From an archaeon (GTDB lineage: Archaea > Nanobdellota > Nanobdellia > Woesearchaeales > GW2011-AR9), in the NCBI GenBank assembly GCA_002688265.1, contig NZCK01000007.1, forward strand, positions 33,685 to 97,684: 64,000 nt of DNA, given 5' to 3'. A program made the position numbers and the translations under genes. Below are positions 29,617 to 39,628 of this stretch, piece after piece. Every line of letters starts with the position of its first letter. The stretch's first letter is position 1. The notes beneath the pieces are model-generated. The model was not told the DNA's origin. It made no database searches and saw nothing but the letters and a program-made list of their open reading frames with translations.

Positions 29617-29976
29617 TTATTTTCTCTTTTTCTTAGCTTTCTTTTTCACAGTTTTTCTTTTTACTGCTTTTTTCTTAGCTGCTTTTTTCTTAACTGTTGA
29701 TTTCTTTGCTGCAGCTTTTCTCTTAAGTTTAGACTTAGCTTTAACATAACCTCTGGCCTTAAGCTCTTTCTCAACTTGTTTTTTTACAGCATTATGAACT
29801 ATTTTATGATGCTTCTTCCCAACAGCAATCAAATCTCCAGCTAGACTTTTTGCCTCCTTTGAAGTTATCTTTCCTGCTTTCACTAAAGGAGCTAAATGTT
29901 TTTCTAATTCAGATTTCTTCATCCCAGCCGCCTTTAATCCCAAGGCTGCAACCTTTTTCATTTCTTTTAATACCAT
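29617..29976 (-). CDS. Phasin-like protein with Lys/Ala-rich tail
   Basis: LGL...LVKAGKITSKEAK pattern; downstream of an AarF kinase; KKAAKKK repeats. Confidence 0.6.
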   Translation of the reverse strand: MVLKEMKKVAALGLKAAGMKKSELEKHLAPLVKAGKITSKEAKSLAGDLIAVGKKHHKIVHNAVKKQVEKELKARGYVKAKSKLKRKAAAKKSTVKKKAAKKKAVKRKTVKKKAKKKRK

Positions 29977-30101
29977 TTTTTTTCACCTGTAAAATTTTTT
30001 TTTCCTGTTTTATATTTTTATCTTTTATTATACTTCTTTGTTTTTCTTAATTGTTCTTTTTCTGTTTTCTTTTCTTTCTATATCATATTCTTCCTGCTTA
30101 T

Positions 30102-31787
30102 TCATTTTTTGCGCTGTATATCAGTTGCATCTTTAAGATTTAAAATAATTAGAAACAATAATAATAAAGCCCAAGTTACTGCAACAATAGAATATATTGA
30201 AATATCATAATACATTGGTCCTGTGTGAATTAAAATTGAAGCGCTCAATAAAAAGCTAGCAAATAACAATGAATAAATCCCTAATTTACTAACCCTCCAC
30301 ACAACATGAGATAAATAATGAAATGTTTGATCAATTGTTCCCATCCGATTTTCTAACATTGATAACTTGCGATCCAAACCTTGTAAAGTGGATGGTACTC
30401 TTCCAAATAGCTTCTGGCCCTCATGTAAGAAAATTAATGTCTTTTTGGGGAGACCACTAAAGTCAAATTTAGGAGTTAACATTTTCTCAACATAAGGTTT
30501 AGCTGATTCTACAATGTTAAAGCTAGGGTCTAATTCCCTACAAGAACCTTCAAGGGTTAAAAGTGATTTACTAAATAAAACCATTTGAGCTGGCAAAGAT
30601 ATATTATTCTTACGAGCAACATCAATACAATCGTTTAACATCTTAGCAATTGGTATTTCGCCTATTGGCAAATTATAATACTCTCCGATTGCATGATAAA
30701 TTCCAGTTTCAATATCTCTTAACGGAGGATTAGAATTGTTCACATTTAGATTAATTAATGCATTAGCTGTTTTCTCTAAGCTCCCCGAGATTAGCGCTAC
30801 AAATAATTCAGCAATTTGGTCTTTTAAAACAGAATCAATATAACCTACTATCCCAAAATCAAGAAATGCTATTTTCAAAGAAGAGTTTCTCTTATGAATA
30901 TTATTGGGGATTACAAAAATATTTCCTGGATGCAAATCTGCATGAAAAAAACCATCTACAAATAATTGTTTAAAAACTGCATCAGTTAATTTCTTTATTA
31001 CTTCTCTATTTTGTTTAAGACTTCTCTCTTCTAATAAATGCTCCCCTTCAATAAATTCTATAACTAAAATTTTTTCATTTGAAAGCTTAGGATAAATTTT
31101 TGGGATATGAACACTTTTTTCCCCTGCAAAATTTGTAGTAAACTTAGCCATGTTACGAGCTTCATGGGTTAGATCTAATTCCTTCAAAGTATAAGTTTCA
31201 AACTCTTCAATTACTTTTTCTGGGTTCATAAACTCTATGTTATACCTTCTACCTAATATTTTAGTAAAAGAATAAAGAATAGAAATATCACTTTTGAATC
31301 TTTTTTCAATATTTGGGCGTCTGATTTTTACAGCAACAGTTGTACCATCATGCAAATTTGCTTTGTGGACTTGAGCAATTGAACCACTGGCAATTGCTTT
31401 CTTGCTTATTCTTTTGAAAGATTTTATCCCTTTTGGCAAACATTCTTCTAGACACAATTCTAACTCATCCCACTCCAGGGGCTCTACATGATCTAAAAGC
31501 TTTTCAAAAGATTTTGCATATTCAACTCCAACTAAATCTGGACGCAAAGCTAACAGCTGACCTAACTTCAAAAAACCACCACCTAATCTTTCAAATATCT
31601 GACGGACGGTTTCAGGATGAGTGTGAGCATCATTACCTAAATTTGTTTTTGTATGAAATCTTCTATGCCAAGGAAGATGATGCTTTAAAGAAAAAATATC
31701 AATAAAATGATGGAGTTCTAATTCTAAAAATACAACAGCAATTTCTCTTAGGCGTGCTACCTGCTCGATTGTTTGTTTGACTCCCAT
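30102..31787 (-). CDS. AarF/UbiB (ABC1) family kinase
   Basis: KLGQ, ASGSIAQVH, VAVKI, FHADLHPGN, LDFG motifs; two C-terminal TM segments. Confidence 0.93.
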   Translation of the reverse strand: MGVKQTIEQVARLREIAVVFLELELHHFIDIFSLKHHLPWHRRFHTKTNLGNDAHTHPETVRQIFERLGGGFLKLGQLLALRPDLVGVEYAKSFEKLLDHVEPLEWDELELCLEECLPKGIKSFKRISKKAIASGSIAQVHKANLHDGTTVAVKIRRPNIEKRFKSDISILYSFTKILGRRYNIEFMNPEKVIEEFETYTLKELDLTHEARNMAKFTTNFAGEKSVHIPKIYPKLSNEKILVIEFIEGEHLLEERSLKQNREVIKKLTDAVFKQLFVDGFFHADLHPGNIFVIPNNIHKRNSSLKIAFLDFGIVGYIDSVLKDQIAELFVALISGSLEKTANALINLNVNNSNPPLRDIETGIYHAIGEYYNLPIGEIPIAKMLNDCIDVARKNNISLPAQMVLFSKSLLTLEGSCRELDPSFNIVESAKPYVEKMLTPKFDFSGLPKKTLIFLHEGQKLFGRVPSTLQGLDRKLSMLENRMGTIDQTFHYLSHVVWRVSKLGIYSLLFASFLLSASILIHTGPMYYDISIYSIVAVTWALLLLFLIILNLKDATDIQRKK

Positions 31788-31894
31788 CCTAAACTAGTAA
31801 TTTATGTTACTAAATACTAATTTAACGCTATTTAATAGTTGTGGTGAATTAAGTACAGTAGAACTAATTCCACTTGTCCTAATTGTATCTGTTG

Positions 31895-32287
31895 TTAGTT
31901 ATCTTGTCCAATTATACTTTTGCAATTCTTAGACCCACACTTACACCCCATGCTTTCTCCAGGAACAAAAGAATCTGAATAATCACTAGTTATTTCCTCA
32001 CCTTTTTCTATGTCTCTCAAAGCAACATCAGAAGAATCATCTACTACTTTTGTATTTGGATCACAAGAATGATTTACATATCTGGCAGGAGGTTGTTGAA
32101 GAAGAAATTTATCTTTTAATGGGTAAACATATCTTCTTTCATTTTCTGAAATTTTTTTTACTTCTTCTTTTGTTAAAATAATATTAAGATTCCACTTAAT
32201 CACTAACTCGCCTTTCTTAAACTTGCGATTAGCAAACAAACCTTTTCCTTCAATGCCCGATTTTTGTATTACCACATCAGAGTTCAT
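31895..32287 (-). CDS. SET-domain protein-lysine methyltransferase
   Basis: GKGLFA, YVNHSCDPN, GEEITSDY and post-SET CKCGSKNC motifs. Confidence 0.92.
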   Translation of the reverse strand: MNSDVVIQKSGIEGKGLFANRKFKKGELVIKWNLNIILTKEEVKKISENERRYVYPLKDKFLLQQPPARYVNHSCDPNTKVVDDSSDVALRDIEKGEEITSDYSDSFVPGESMGCKCGSKNCKSIIGQDN

Positions 32288-32385
32288 AAAAATAAATTGT
32301 AAAAGTAATTATTTATATTTTTGGGTATAAAGCCAAAAGTAATTTAAATAGATAGCTTGTTATGAAAGTTCATTCCCATTTTTAT

Positions 32386-32460
32386 GGGCCTGTAGCTTAG
32401 TCTGGATATAGCGGCCGGCTTCGGACCGGCAGGTCAGGGGTTCGAATCCTCTCAGGCTCA
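32386..32460 (+). tRNA. tRNA-Arg(TCG)
   Basis: Acceptor stem GGGCCTG/CAGGCTC; anticodon stem GCCGG-CT TCG GA-CCGGC; GGTTCGAATCC; TTTAAATA at 32343. Confidence 0.95.
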
Positions 32461-32573
32461 CTTTTTTCTCTTTTCTTTTCTATTTTTTGCGGATTCGAAC
32501 ATGCGCGAAAATAACTAAAATAAGTCTTCATTAGAGAAACTTTTATAACTTAAGAGTGATTACTCTTTTAAAA

Positions 32574-34006
32574 ATGGGGCTTGAGAGATTATTGAGACTA
32601 AAAAATTTATTTGCTGCAGCACCTTTAATTTTAGCAATAGGCTGCCAAGATTATAATGTTAACCGGCTGCCAGAACCATGTGAACCTTGTGAAGATAGCG
32701 ATTTAGATGGCTATGTAGGTAGTGGGAATTGTCCAACTGAGTGTATCACAGATTGTGACGATACAAATTATGATATAAGTCCCATTGGAATTGAAGTTTG
32801 TGATGACCTTGATAATGATTGTAATGGAGTGATTGATGAAGCAGGAGGAGACTTGTACCACTTAGACTCAGATGGAGATGGATTTGGTGGTAAAGAAACC
32901 CATGATTTTTGTAACCCAGAATTTGGTTATGTTCTTAATGATGATGATTGTAATGATGAAGACGTTAATGTAAATCCTGCAGCAACTGAAATCTGCGATG
33001 GAATTGATAATGATTGTAACGGAGAAATAGATGAAGTTGGGAGCGAATGGTACTTAGATTCAGATGGAGATGGATTTGGAGATGTAAATAATAGTCAATT
33101 TGATTGTGACAAACCAGATGGATATGTTGATGATTTAACTGACTGCGATGATGGAAATGAGTTAGTCTTTCCTGGAGCAGAAGAAGTTTGTAACTTACTT
33201 GATGATGATTGTGAAGGAACAATAGATCTTGATCCTAACACTGGCTTTTCTGTATGCCCAGAGTTTCCAGCAACAACTGGCTATTGGCCTCTTGATAATG
33301 ATGGATTTGTAAGTGGAGATTTTGATGTGAAAGATTATAGTGTCAATGAAGTGCATGGAACAAACTCAAATGGAGTATATGTTGAAGGTGCTTTTTTGGA
33401 TACTGAAGGGGCAATATATTTTGATGGAAATAATTCAGAAATTGATTTTGGAGAATTTGCTGGAAACGCTAGTCCTTTGTTACATAATTCAACAGATTCT
33501 TTCACAATAATGCTTTGGATTAATACTTCAATTATCCTTCAGGAAATGCACCAATCATTTGTGAAGATTATGCAAGCTTTGAAAATGAAGAACTTGGCTT
33601 GTATGTAAACTCAGATGGAAATCTATTTTTTAATTTACGTGGTAGTGATGGCCCAGGAACCTCACTAAAAGCATACAGTACAAGCACTGTTGTCACAGGT
33701 TCTTGGGAACATATTGCAGCAGTTTACAGTGTTCAAGACTCAGAAATGAGAATTTATGTCAATGGTACTCTTGAAGGAAGCCAAATAACTGATGGGAGTA
33801 CTGGACTTGGAACCCTTTCTGGATCTTTACAAAACGGTTCTTTGCACTTTGCAAAAAAACCAAGCGATATTAATGATGATAATTTTGCTGTTATAACATT
33901 AGACGATGTAGCATGGTTTGATGATGCACTTGAAGCTAGTACGGCAGAAGATACACTTAGTACGTACCTTTCTTTAGGTATTCCTTTTGGTGATTATTAT
34001 CCTTAA
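32574..34006 (+). pseudogene. Surface protein with Cys/Asp-rich metal-binding repeats plus LamG-like domain, frameshifted near 33530
   Basis: LAIGC lipobox-like start; three DCDD...P...E.CD.lDNDC.G.ID repeats. Adding 1 nt at about 33530 gives WINTSNYPSGNAPIICED...LYVNSDG...WEHIAAVY...IYVNG (LamG). Confidence 0.7.
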
Positions 34007-34072
34007 TTTAGAAATATTTGCTTCTTTTTGATTGAAAGACTTTTTAAATACTTGGCGTTTTAGTAGTATATT

Positions 34073-35422
34073 ATGGTCTTAGAAAAATTAGGAGATAGTC
34101 TTCGTGCAACACTAAAGAAGATTACTGGAGCTGGCCTAGTTGATGAAAAAATTATCAACGAATTAGTAAAGGATATTCAACGTGCTCTTCTGCAAAGCGA
34201 CACAAATGTAAAACTAGTCTTTGCTCTTGGGAAAAAGATTAAAGAAAGGGCAAGGCAACCAGCACCAACAGGCATTTCTCAAAGAGAATACTTAATCAAT
34301 ATTGTATATGAAGAATTGGTAGCATTCTTGGGAGCTGAAGCAAGAGAAATCGTGCTTGATAAAAAACCAAAAAAAATTATGTTAGTTGGACTATTTGGTT
34401 CTGGAAAAACCACCACTTGTGGGAAACTTGCTAAATATTATAAAAAACGAGGGATGAAAGTTGCAGTTATCCAAACCGATACTTGGAGACCCGCAGCCTA
34501 CGAACAACTTAAACAATTAGCTTCAAAAGTAGGAGTTGATTTCTTTGGCGATGAATCTCTTAAAGATCCTAGTGCTATTTATTCCAAATATGAAAAAGAA
34601 CTTTTACAATATGATCTTGTGATCGTTGACACCGCTGGACGTGATGCACTCTCAGATGAATTAATTAGTGAGTTAACAGCAATTCATTCTGCTGTTGGTG
34701 CTGATGAAAAACTTCTCGTTATCTCTGCAGACATAGGACAATCTGCCCAAAAACAAGCACAAATGTTCCACGACACTTGTGCAGTTACCGGAGTAATTGT
34801 TACTAAACTAGAAGGGACTGCAAAAGGAGGAGGAGCACTATCTGCTTGTGCAGTTACAGGTGCACCAATTATGTTTATTGGAATTGGAGAAAAAGTTGAT
34901 GACTTAGAAGTTTTCTATCCAAAGAGGTTTGTAGGTAGATTACTTGGAATGGGAGACATTGAAAGTTTACTCGAGAAAGCACGCGAAGCAATTACTGAAG
35001 ATGAAGCTGCTGACATGACTGACAAATTCATGAGTGGAGATTTCAATCTTAATGATCTATATGAACAAATGGCATCCATGAAAAAAATGGGGTCCCTTGG
35101 AAAATTAATGGAAATGATCCCTGGAATGGGTGCATTGAAGCTTCCTAAGGAGATGTTAGATGTACAGGAGGGGAAATTGCAAAAATGGAAATATGCAATG
35201 GATTCTATGACTGCAAAAGAGAGGGAAGAACCTTCAGTATTTAGTAGTTCTAGAATTGAAAGGGTTGCTACTGGAGCTGGAATTTCAGTTAGGGATGTTA
35301 GGGATTTACTTAAACAATTTAGACAAAGTAAAAAGATGATGAAAATGTTTAAAGGAGAAAAAGATCCTGCCGCTATGATGAAAAAATTTAAAGGGAAATT
35401 GCCGGCAGGGTTTGGTGGGTAA
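34073..35422 (+). CDS. srp54: Signal recognition particle protein SRP54
   Basis: GLFGSGKTT, DTWRPAA, DTAGR, GTAKGGG; Met-rich M domain. Confidence 0.97.
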   Translation: MVLEKLGDSLRATLKKITGAGLVDEKIINELVKDIQRALLQSDTNVKLVFALGKKIKERARQPAPTGISQREYLINIVYEELVAFLGAEAREIVLDKKPKKIMLVGLFGSGKTTTCGKLAKYYKKRGMKVAVIQTDTWRPAAYEQLKQLASKVGVDFFGDESLKDPSAIYSKYEKELLQYDLVIVDTAGRDALSDELISELTAIHSAVGADEKLLVISADIGQSAQKQAQMFHDTCAVTGVIVTKLEGTAKGGGALSACAVTGAPIMFIGIGEKVDDLEVFYPKRFVGRLLGMGDIESLLEKAREAITEDEAADMTDKFMSGDFNLNDLYEQMASMKKMGSLGKLMEMIPGMGALKLPKEMLDVQEGKLQKWKYAMDSMTAKEREEPSVFSSSRIERVATGAGISVRDVRDLLKQFRQSKKMMKMFKGEKDPAAMMKKFKGKLPAGFGG

Positions 35423-35499
35423 ATAACACTTTTTATAAAAAGAAATAAAAAGGTCTTCTTCTTTATTTATCTCATTTGTGAAATTGAATCTATAGAGTG

Positions 35500-36621
35500 A
35501 TGAGTTGGCAAGATGACAAGTTTAGACCAAATTAAAATATTTTTAAGGAAATTAGATCTGATAGAAGGAAAGTTGTTCGTAGAGTTATGAGCCAATATGC
35601 TGAGCTTAGGGATTTTGGAGGATTGTATAACCATCCTAGGATGAATGAATTTGAACATTCAGAATATTTTGATAACAAGAACGCAGCTTTTGCAAAAAGA
35701 GGAAGAAGATCTCTTAGAAAATCTATTGGGATTGAGAGGAAAGAAGCAAGACACTTTGATAAATTGTTAGAGTTTTTGAAAAAACTAGCGCCGCTACTTA
35801 CAGAACCTTACTTTAACCAATTAGGGTCAATAATTATTGCTCTTGAAACTTATCATGCTGGAACAGTTAAAGCCTTATCTGTTGGAGGATCATTGGACAA
35901 ACAAGTTCGGCAGAATAGTGATCTTCGAAAGATTGCCTCAACATTAATCCCACAAGTTAAAAAATTTATAGAGGAAGTTAATGTCCCTTTCATGGCTTCT
36001 CTTAAAGAATTAGATGCATTTTGTAACCAAGAAGCTGCGATACTTGAAGCAAAACGAAAAGCCATTACATTAAATATTCCTATTGATGCTGGTTTAAAAA
36101 GTTGTAATGTAACTCCAAAAATAATCTTGATGGATACTTCTTTCTTGTTCAGAGTGTTAGAAGCTAGGAAAAACTAAAAAAAAGAACTGGTTAATTTACA
36201 TCTGCCACCTCGAGTTGAAAAAAACTACCCTATAGAAGTACTTAGAGAAAAAAAACAAGGAGAGGTTAGAGTTTTTAGAAGAGTTCTTGATAATGAACAA
36301 TTTAGTTCAGTCCATATAGGACTGACAGATAAAGAAAAAAATGAAGTTTTATACCTTTGGAAAAAAACTGGCAAATATTCTGTTTCTACAGAAGAAGAAA
36401 AAAGAAAATTTTTTGCTTCAGCAGATATTAAATTACTAGGGTTGGCATTAAGAGAAGTTAGAAAATATCCTAGTGCAGTTGTAGTCATACTTACAACAGA
36501 CGCAGATATTTATGATACTGTTAGAAAAGCTAAATTTTATTACAGGGGAACTTATCCACACTGGCGACGAGTAAGTTGTTTTCAGTATTATGAAAGTACT
36601 GGATTTAAAAGAGCTGCCTAA
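35500..36621 (+). pseudogene. Helical domain plus PIN nuclease gene interrupted by two in-frame TAA stops
   Basis: Frame 1 from ATG 35500 is open to TAA 36619-36621 except for TAA at 35533 and 36175. PIN motifs IILMDTSFL...SADIKLL...ILTTDADI span the second stop. Confidence 0.7.
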
Positions 36622-37076
36622 AGTAAATCTAACTCTTTTAGAAGACGTCTGCCATTAAGAGTTTTTCTGAGTTGACTTGCTGAAATAATAGAATAATCTG
36701 TTCTTTCAATAGTATCAATCTCTCCACCAACAGTAAGACGCACATCATACAATTCTAATTTGTTGCCAGTAGTAGTGAATACTCTTTGGGTTCTTTGAGA
36801 TGCAAATAATTCTCTGACATCCTCTTCAAATGAAGTGGATTCACCAATTATTGGAATAGAATATAACTCATCATAAGGAGTATTGAAAGGAATTGCAGAA
36901 GCAGAATAACTAAACAGCAAATCATTGATTATTTCAGTTTCTTGAAGAGAAAAAGCATCTCTTCTTACATGGAAATAATCACCAATATGAACTGAGTTTA
37001 TATCCAATAATGCTTTGTCAAGAACCCAAATTGGACGAAATGCAAATCGTAAATCTAAATCTGCTGCTGCCTCCAT
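36618..37076 (-). CDS. Hypothetical protein
   Basis: 152-aa ORF with an upstream TATA box. Confidence 0.6.
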   Translation of the reverse strand: MEAAADLDLRFAFRPIWVLDKALLDINSVHIGDYFHVRRDAFSLQETEIINDLLFSYSASAIPFNTPYDELYSIPIIGESTSFEEDVRELFASQRTQRVFTTTGNKLELYDVRLTVGGEIDTIERTDYSIISASQLRKTLNGRRLLKELDLL

Positions 37077-37156
37077 AAACCAAATATAGATGGTTTTTTA
37101 TAAAGTTATCTCTAGAACGTAGTTACAGTGTGTCAAATTAAGTAGAAATCTGTTTT

Positions 37157-37288
37157 TTATTTGGTACTAGGCCTTTCACTCCGATAGCCACAAACTTTAC
37201 AATACTTCACTAGATACATACCATCTGAGAACTTATGCTGACCTTTATGTAATTGTTTTTTACAATCGGGACACTGTGTGTTTTCCAT
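37157..37288 (-). CDS. Small zinc-ribbon protein (43 aa, absent from the ORF track)
   Basis: MENTQCPDCKKQLHKGQHKFSDGMYLVKYCKVCGYRSERPSTK; GAGGT RBS inside the upstream gene. Confidence 0.7.
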   Translation of the reverse strand: MENTQCPDCKKQLHKGQHKFSDGMYLVKYCKVCGYRSERPSTK

Positions 37289-37889
37289 CATCATTTACCT
37301 CAATTAAAGTACCTGTCTTTCCAACATTAAAAACTCTGGTATTTCCTATCTTTTCTTCCATTCCATGAGTTTCATGGATATGTCCACAGATATGAAGTGC
37401 TGGTTGGAACTCTTCTACTGCTTTACGTACACCAGTTGATCCTGGGAAAACTCCAAGTCCAATTACTGAATCACTTGGCTGGACATGTGAAACCATAATT
37501 TTATGTTTCACGTCTTTAACTTGTTCATGCGCTTGCTTTAAAGTTGCGAAAAATTCAGCTTCTGAAAGTTGATGAATTCCAACATCAGCATAACCACAAC
37601 CAAAAATTCCTACATCACCTTTCTGGATAACATAGCCGTGTAAACTTTTGGCATCATAATGTTTAGTTAGAAAATTAGTTTTAGCTAAACCTTCATGATT
37701 ACCAGGAATAATTGCAACATCTAAACCTTCTGCTTTTAGAGGACCCACTAAACCATCAATATTTCCATCATCATCAGCTAAGTCTCCAGCTAAAATAACT
37801 AAATCTACTTCCGCGGCCTTGCCTTTTTTGGCCATCTGCTGCATGAACCGTTTGTCCCCGTGAATGTCTGAGAGTGCTAGAATTTTCAT
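37260..37889 (-). CDS. Calcineurin-like metallophosphoesterase
   Basis: SDIHG, AGD, GNHE, SH, GHIHE motifs. Confidence 0.92.
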   Translation of the reverse strand: MKILALSDIHGDKRFMQQMAKKGKAAEVDLVILAGDLADDDGNIDGLVGPLKAEGLDVAIIPGNHEGLAKTNFLTKHYDAKSLHGYVIQKGDVGIFGCGYADVGIHQLSEAEFFATLKQAHEQVKDVKHKIMVSHVQPSDSVIGLGVFPGSTGVRKAVEEFQPALHICGHIHETHGMEEKIGNTRVFNVGKTGTLIEVNDDGKHTVSRL

Positions 37890-38023
37890 AAGTGTTTTTA
37901 AGGCATTTTGCTTTATAAATCTTTTGGTTAATTACTGTGCAGTGATTAAATTGATGCATTTTTGTCTTTTTTGAAGGATATTTTGCAATCGTCTTTATTA
38001 ATTAGGAGTTTTCTTGATTTCAT

Positions 38024-38989
38024 ATGCAAATCAAAAGAGATCCTAATCAGGCTTTTTATCTTTGGCTGAGTAGTGTTTTGTTGTACGGCCTTGGTCTGTT
38101 GTTCGTGCGCTTTGGACCACACTACTCCTGGTTTGTGTCTGCTCCTGTGCAAGAGATATTGTTTTGGATGTACCTAGGATTTGTGGTTTTGAGCATTCCA
38201 TATTATGTAATGACAGCAACTCGATATTCAACCAATAAATCCTTCTTGTTTTTTCGGTTTCTTTTCAAAAATATTTCTTCTTTGAGACAAGGAAAATTTT
38301 CTTCAGTTGAAAATGAAGAAAAAGTAGCTGTACTTTTTACTGGCGTGAAGTTGTTTTTTTTACCTTTAATGTTGCAATTTTTGTATCAGAACTATAATGA
38401 CTTACTAGGAGTTTTAAGTTCTCCTTGGTCTTATGGTTTCTTCTTGATCTTGTTGTTTACAATCGATACTGCCATCTTCGCTTTTGGATACACCTTTGAA
38501 TTTGCGTTTTTGAAAAATACAGTTCGTTCTGTTGAGCCAACTTTTTTTGGATGGTTGGTTTGTTTGCTCTGTTACCCACCATTTAATTGGAGACTGGGAG
38601 ATGTGATCCCTTGGGGAGCAAATGATTACATGTACTTTTGGAATCCAACATTAGATATTATTTGTAAAGTTTTAGTGATTGTTCTACTTTTGGGATATAC
38701 TTTAGCTTCAGTATGGCTCGGACCAAAAGCATCAAACTTAACCAATCGAGGAATTGTAACTAGTGGCCCTTATGCAATTATTCGTCATCCAGCTTACATC
38801 TGTAAAAACGGAATTTGGTGGTTGACACTCTTGCCTGTGATGTCTTGGCCATTCTTTTTTGGAATGTTGTTTTGGTCAGTCTTGTATTATTACCGAGCAC
38901 TAACAGAAGAGCGACATTTGGGAGAAGATGCTGATTATGTAGAGTACTGTAGACAAGTTAAGTGGCGGTTTGTGCCGTTTGTTTGGTGA
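38024..38989 (+). CDS. Isoprenylcysteine carboxyl methyltransferase (ICMT/DUF1295)-family membrane protein
   Basis: IVTSGPYAIIRHPAY, RALTEERHL, Y.EYCRQV motifs. Confidence 0.85.
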   Translation: MQIKRDPNQAFYLWLSSVLLYGLGLLFVRFGPHYSWFVSAPVQEILFWMYLGFVVLSIPYYVMTATRYSTNKSFLFFRFLFKNISSLRQGKFSSVENEEKVAVLFTGVKLFFLPLMLQFLYQNYNDLLGVLSSPWSYGFFLILLFTIDTAIFAFGYTFEFAFLKNTVRSVEPTFFGWLVCLLCYPPFNWRLGDVIPWGANDYMYFWNPTLDIICKVLVIVLLLGYTLASVWLGPKASNLTNRGIVTSGPYAIIRHPAYICKNGIWWLTLLPVMSWPFFFGMLFWSVLYYYRALTEERHLGEDADYVEYCRQVKWRFVPFVW

Positions 38990-39000
38990 GGAGAAAAAAA

Positions 39001-39564
39001 TTACTTAACTCTCAACTTCAACTCTAAAACTAAATCTTGCAACTTGTTTAAAGAATATTTGATACTGTCTACTTTTTTTCTAAGTTCGTTGCCTCTGCTA
39101 TTTAATGTGAGGAATTGACCATAAATATTGTCAACTGCATCTCTGATTTTTTCTACTGCTTCTTTATTTCCTTTACTTGCTTGAAAAACTGCGCGTCTTA
39201 CTAATTCCCCTGGCAAATCTGCTAAGCCCAAGAGATAATGTTCAGGATGCAAGTTGCTTAGAACTTTTACTTCACCTGTTTGAACAAAATCCAAATATAG
39301 AATTGCTTCCACATACTCTTGCACAGCTATCTTGTAACTGCCTTCGTATTGAAGTTTGGTGTCATGTGCAGCGATTGATTCTAATTGTTTTAGTTCGGTT
39401 TCTATTGTTGTTTTGAATTCGGTTGCTTTTTGAATTTCGTCACGGTGTACTGCATAGATTAGAAGCTTTGAGAGTTTTAGAACGTCTCTACTCTTCTTGA
39501 TTAATTCTTCGCGTTTGCTATCGTACGCTGCTAGTTCTTTTTGAATCTTAGATAAGTCTATCAT
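39001..39564 (-). CDS. Translin/TRAX (C3PO-like) protein
   Basis: REELIKKSRDV, QEYVEA, YLLGLADLPGELVR, LRKKVD motifs. Confidence 0.9.
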   Translation of the reverse strand: MIDLSKIQKELAAYDSKREELIKKSRDVLKLSKLLIYAVHRDEIQKATEFKTTIETELKQLESIAAHDTKLQYEGSYKIAVQEYVEAILYLDFVQTGEVKVLSNLHPEHYLLGLADLPGELVRRAVFQASKGNKEAVEKIRDAVDNIYGQFLTLNSRGNELRKKVDSIKYSLNKLQDLVLELKLRVK

Positions 39565-39628
39565 AGAATAGTTAATTTGGAAGCTGTTTTTTAAGGGTTT
39601 CTGATATATTCACTTATTTAATATTAAT

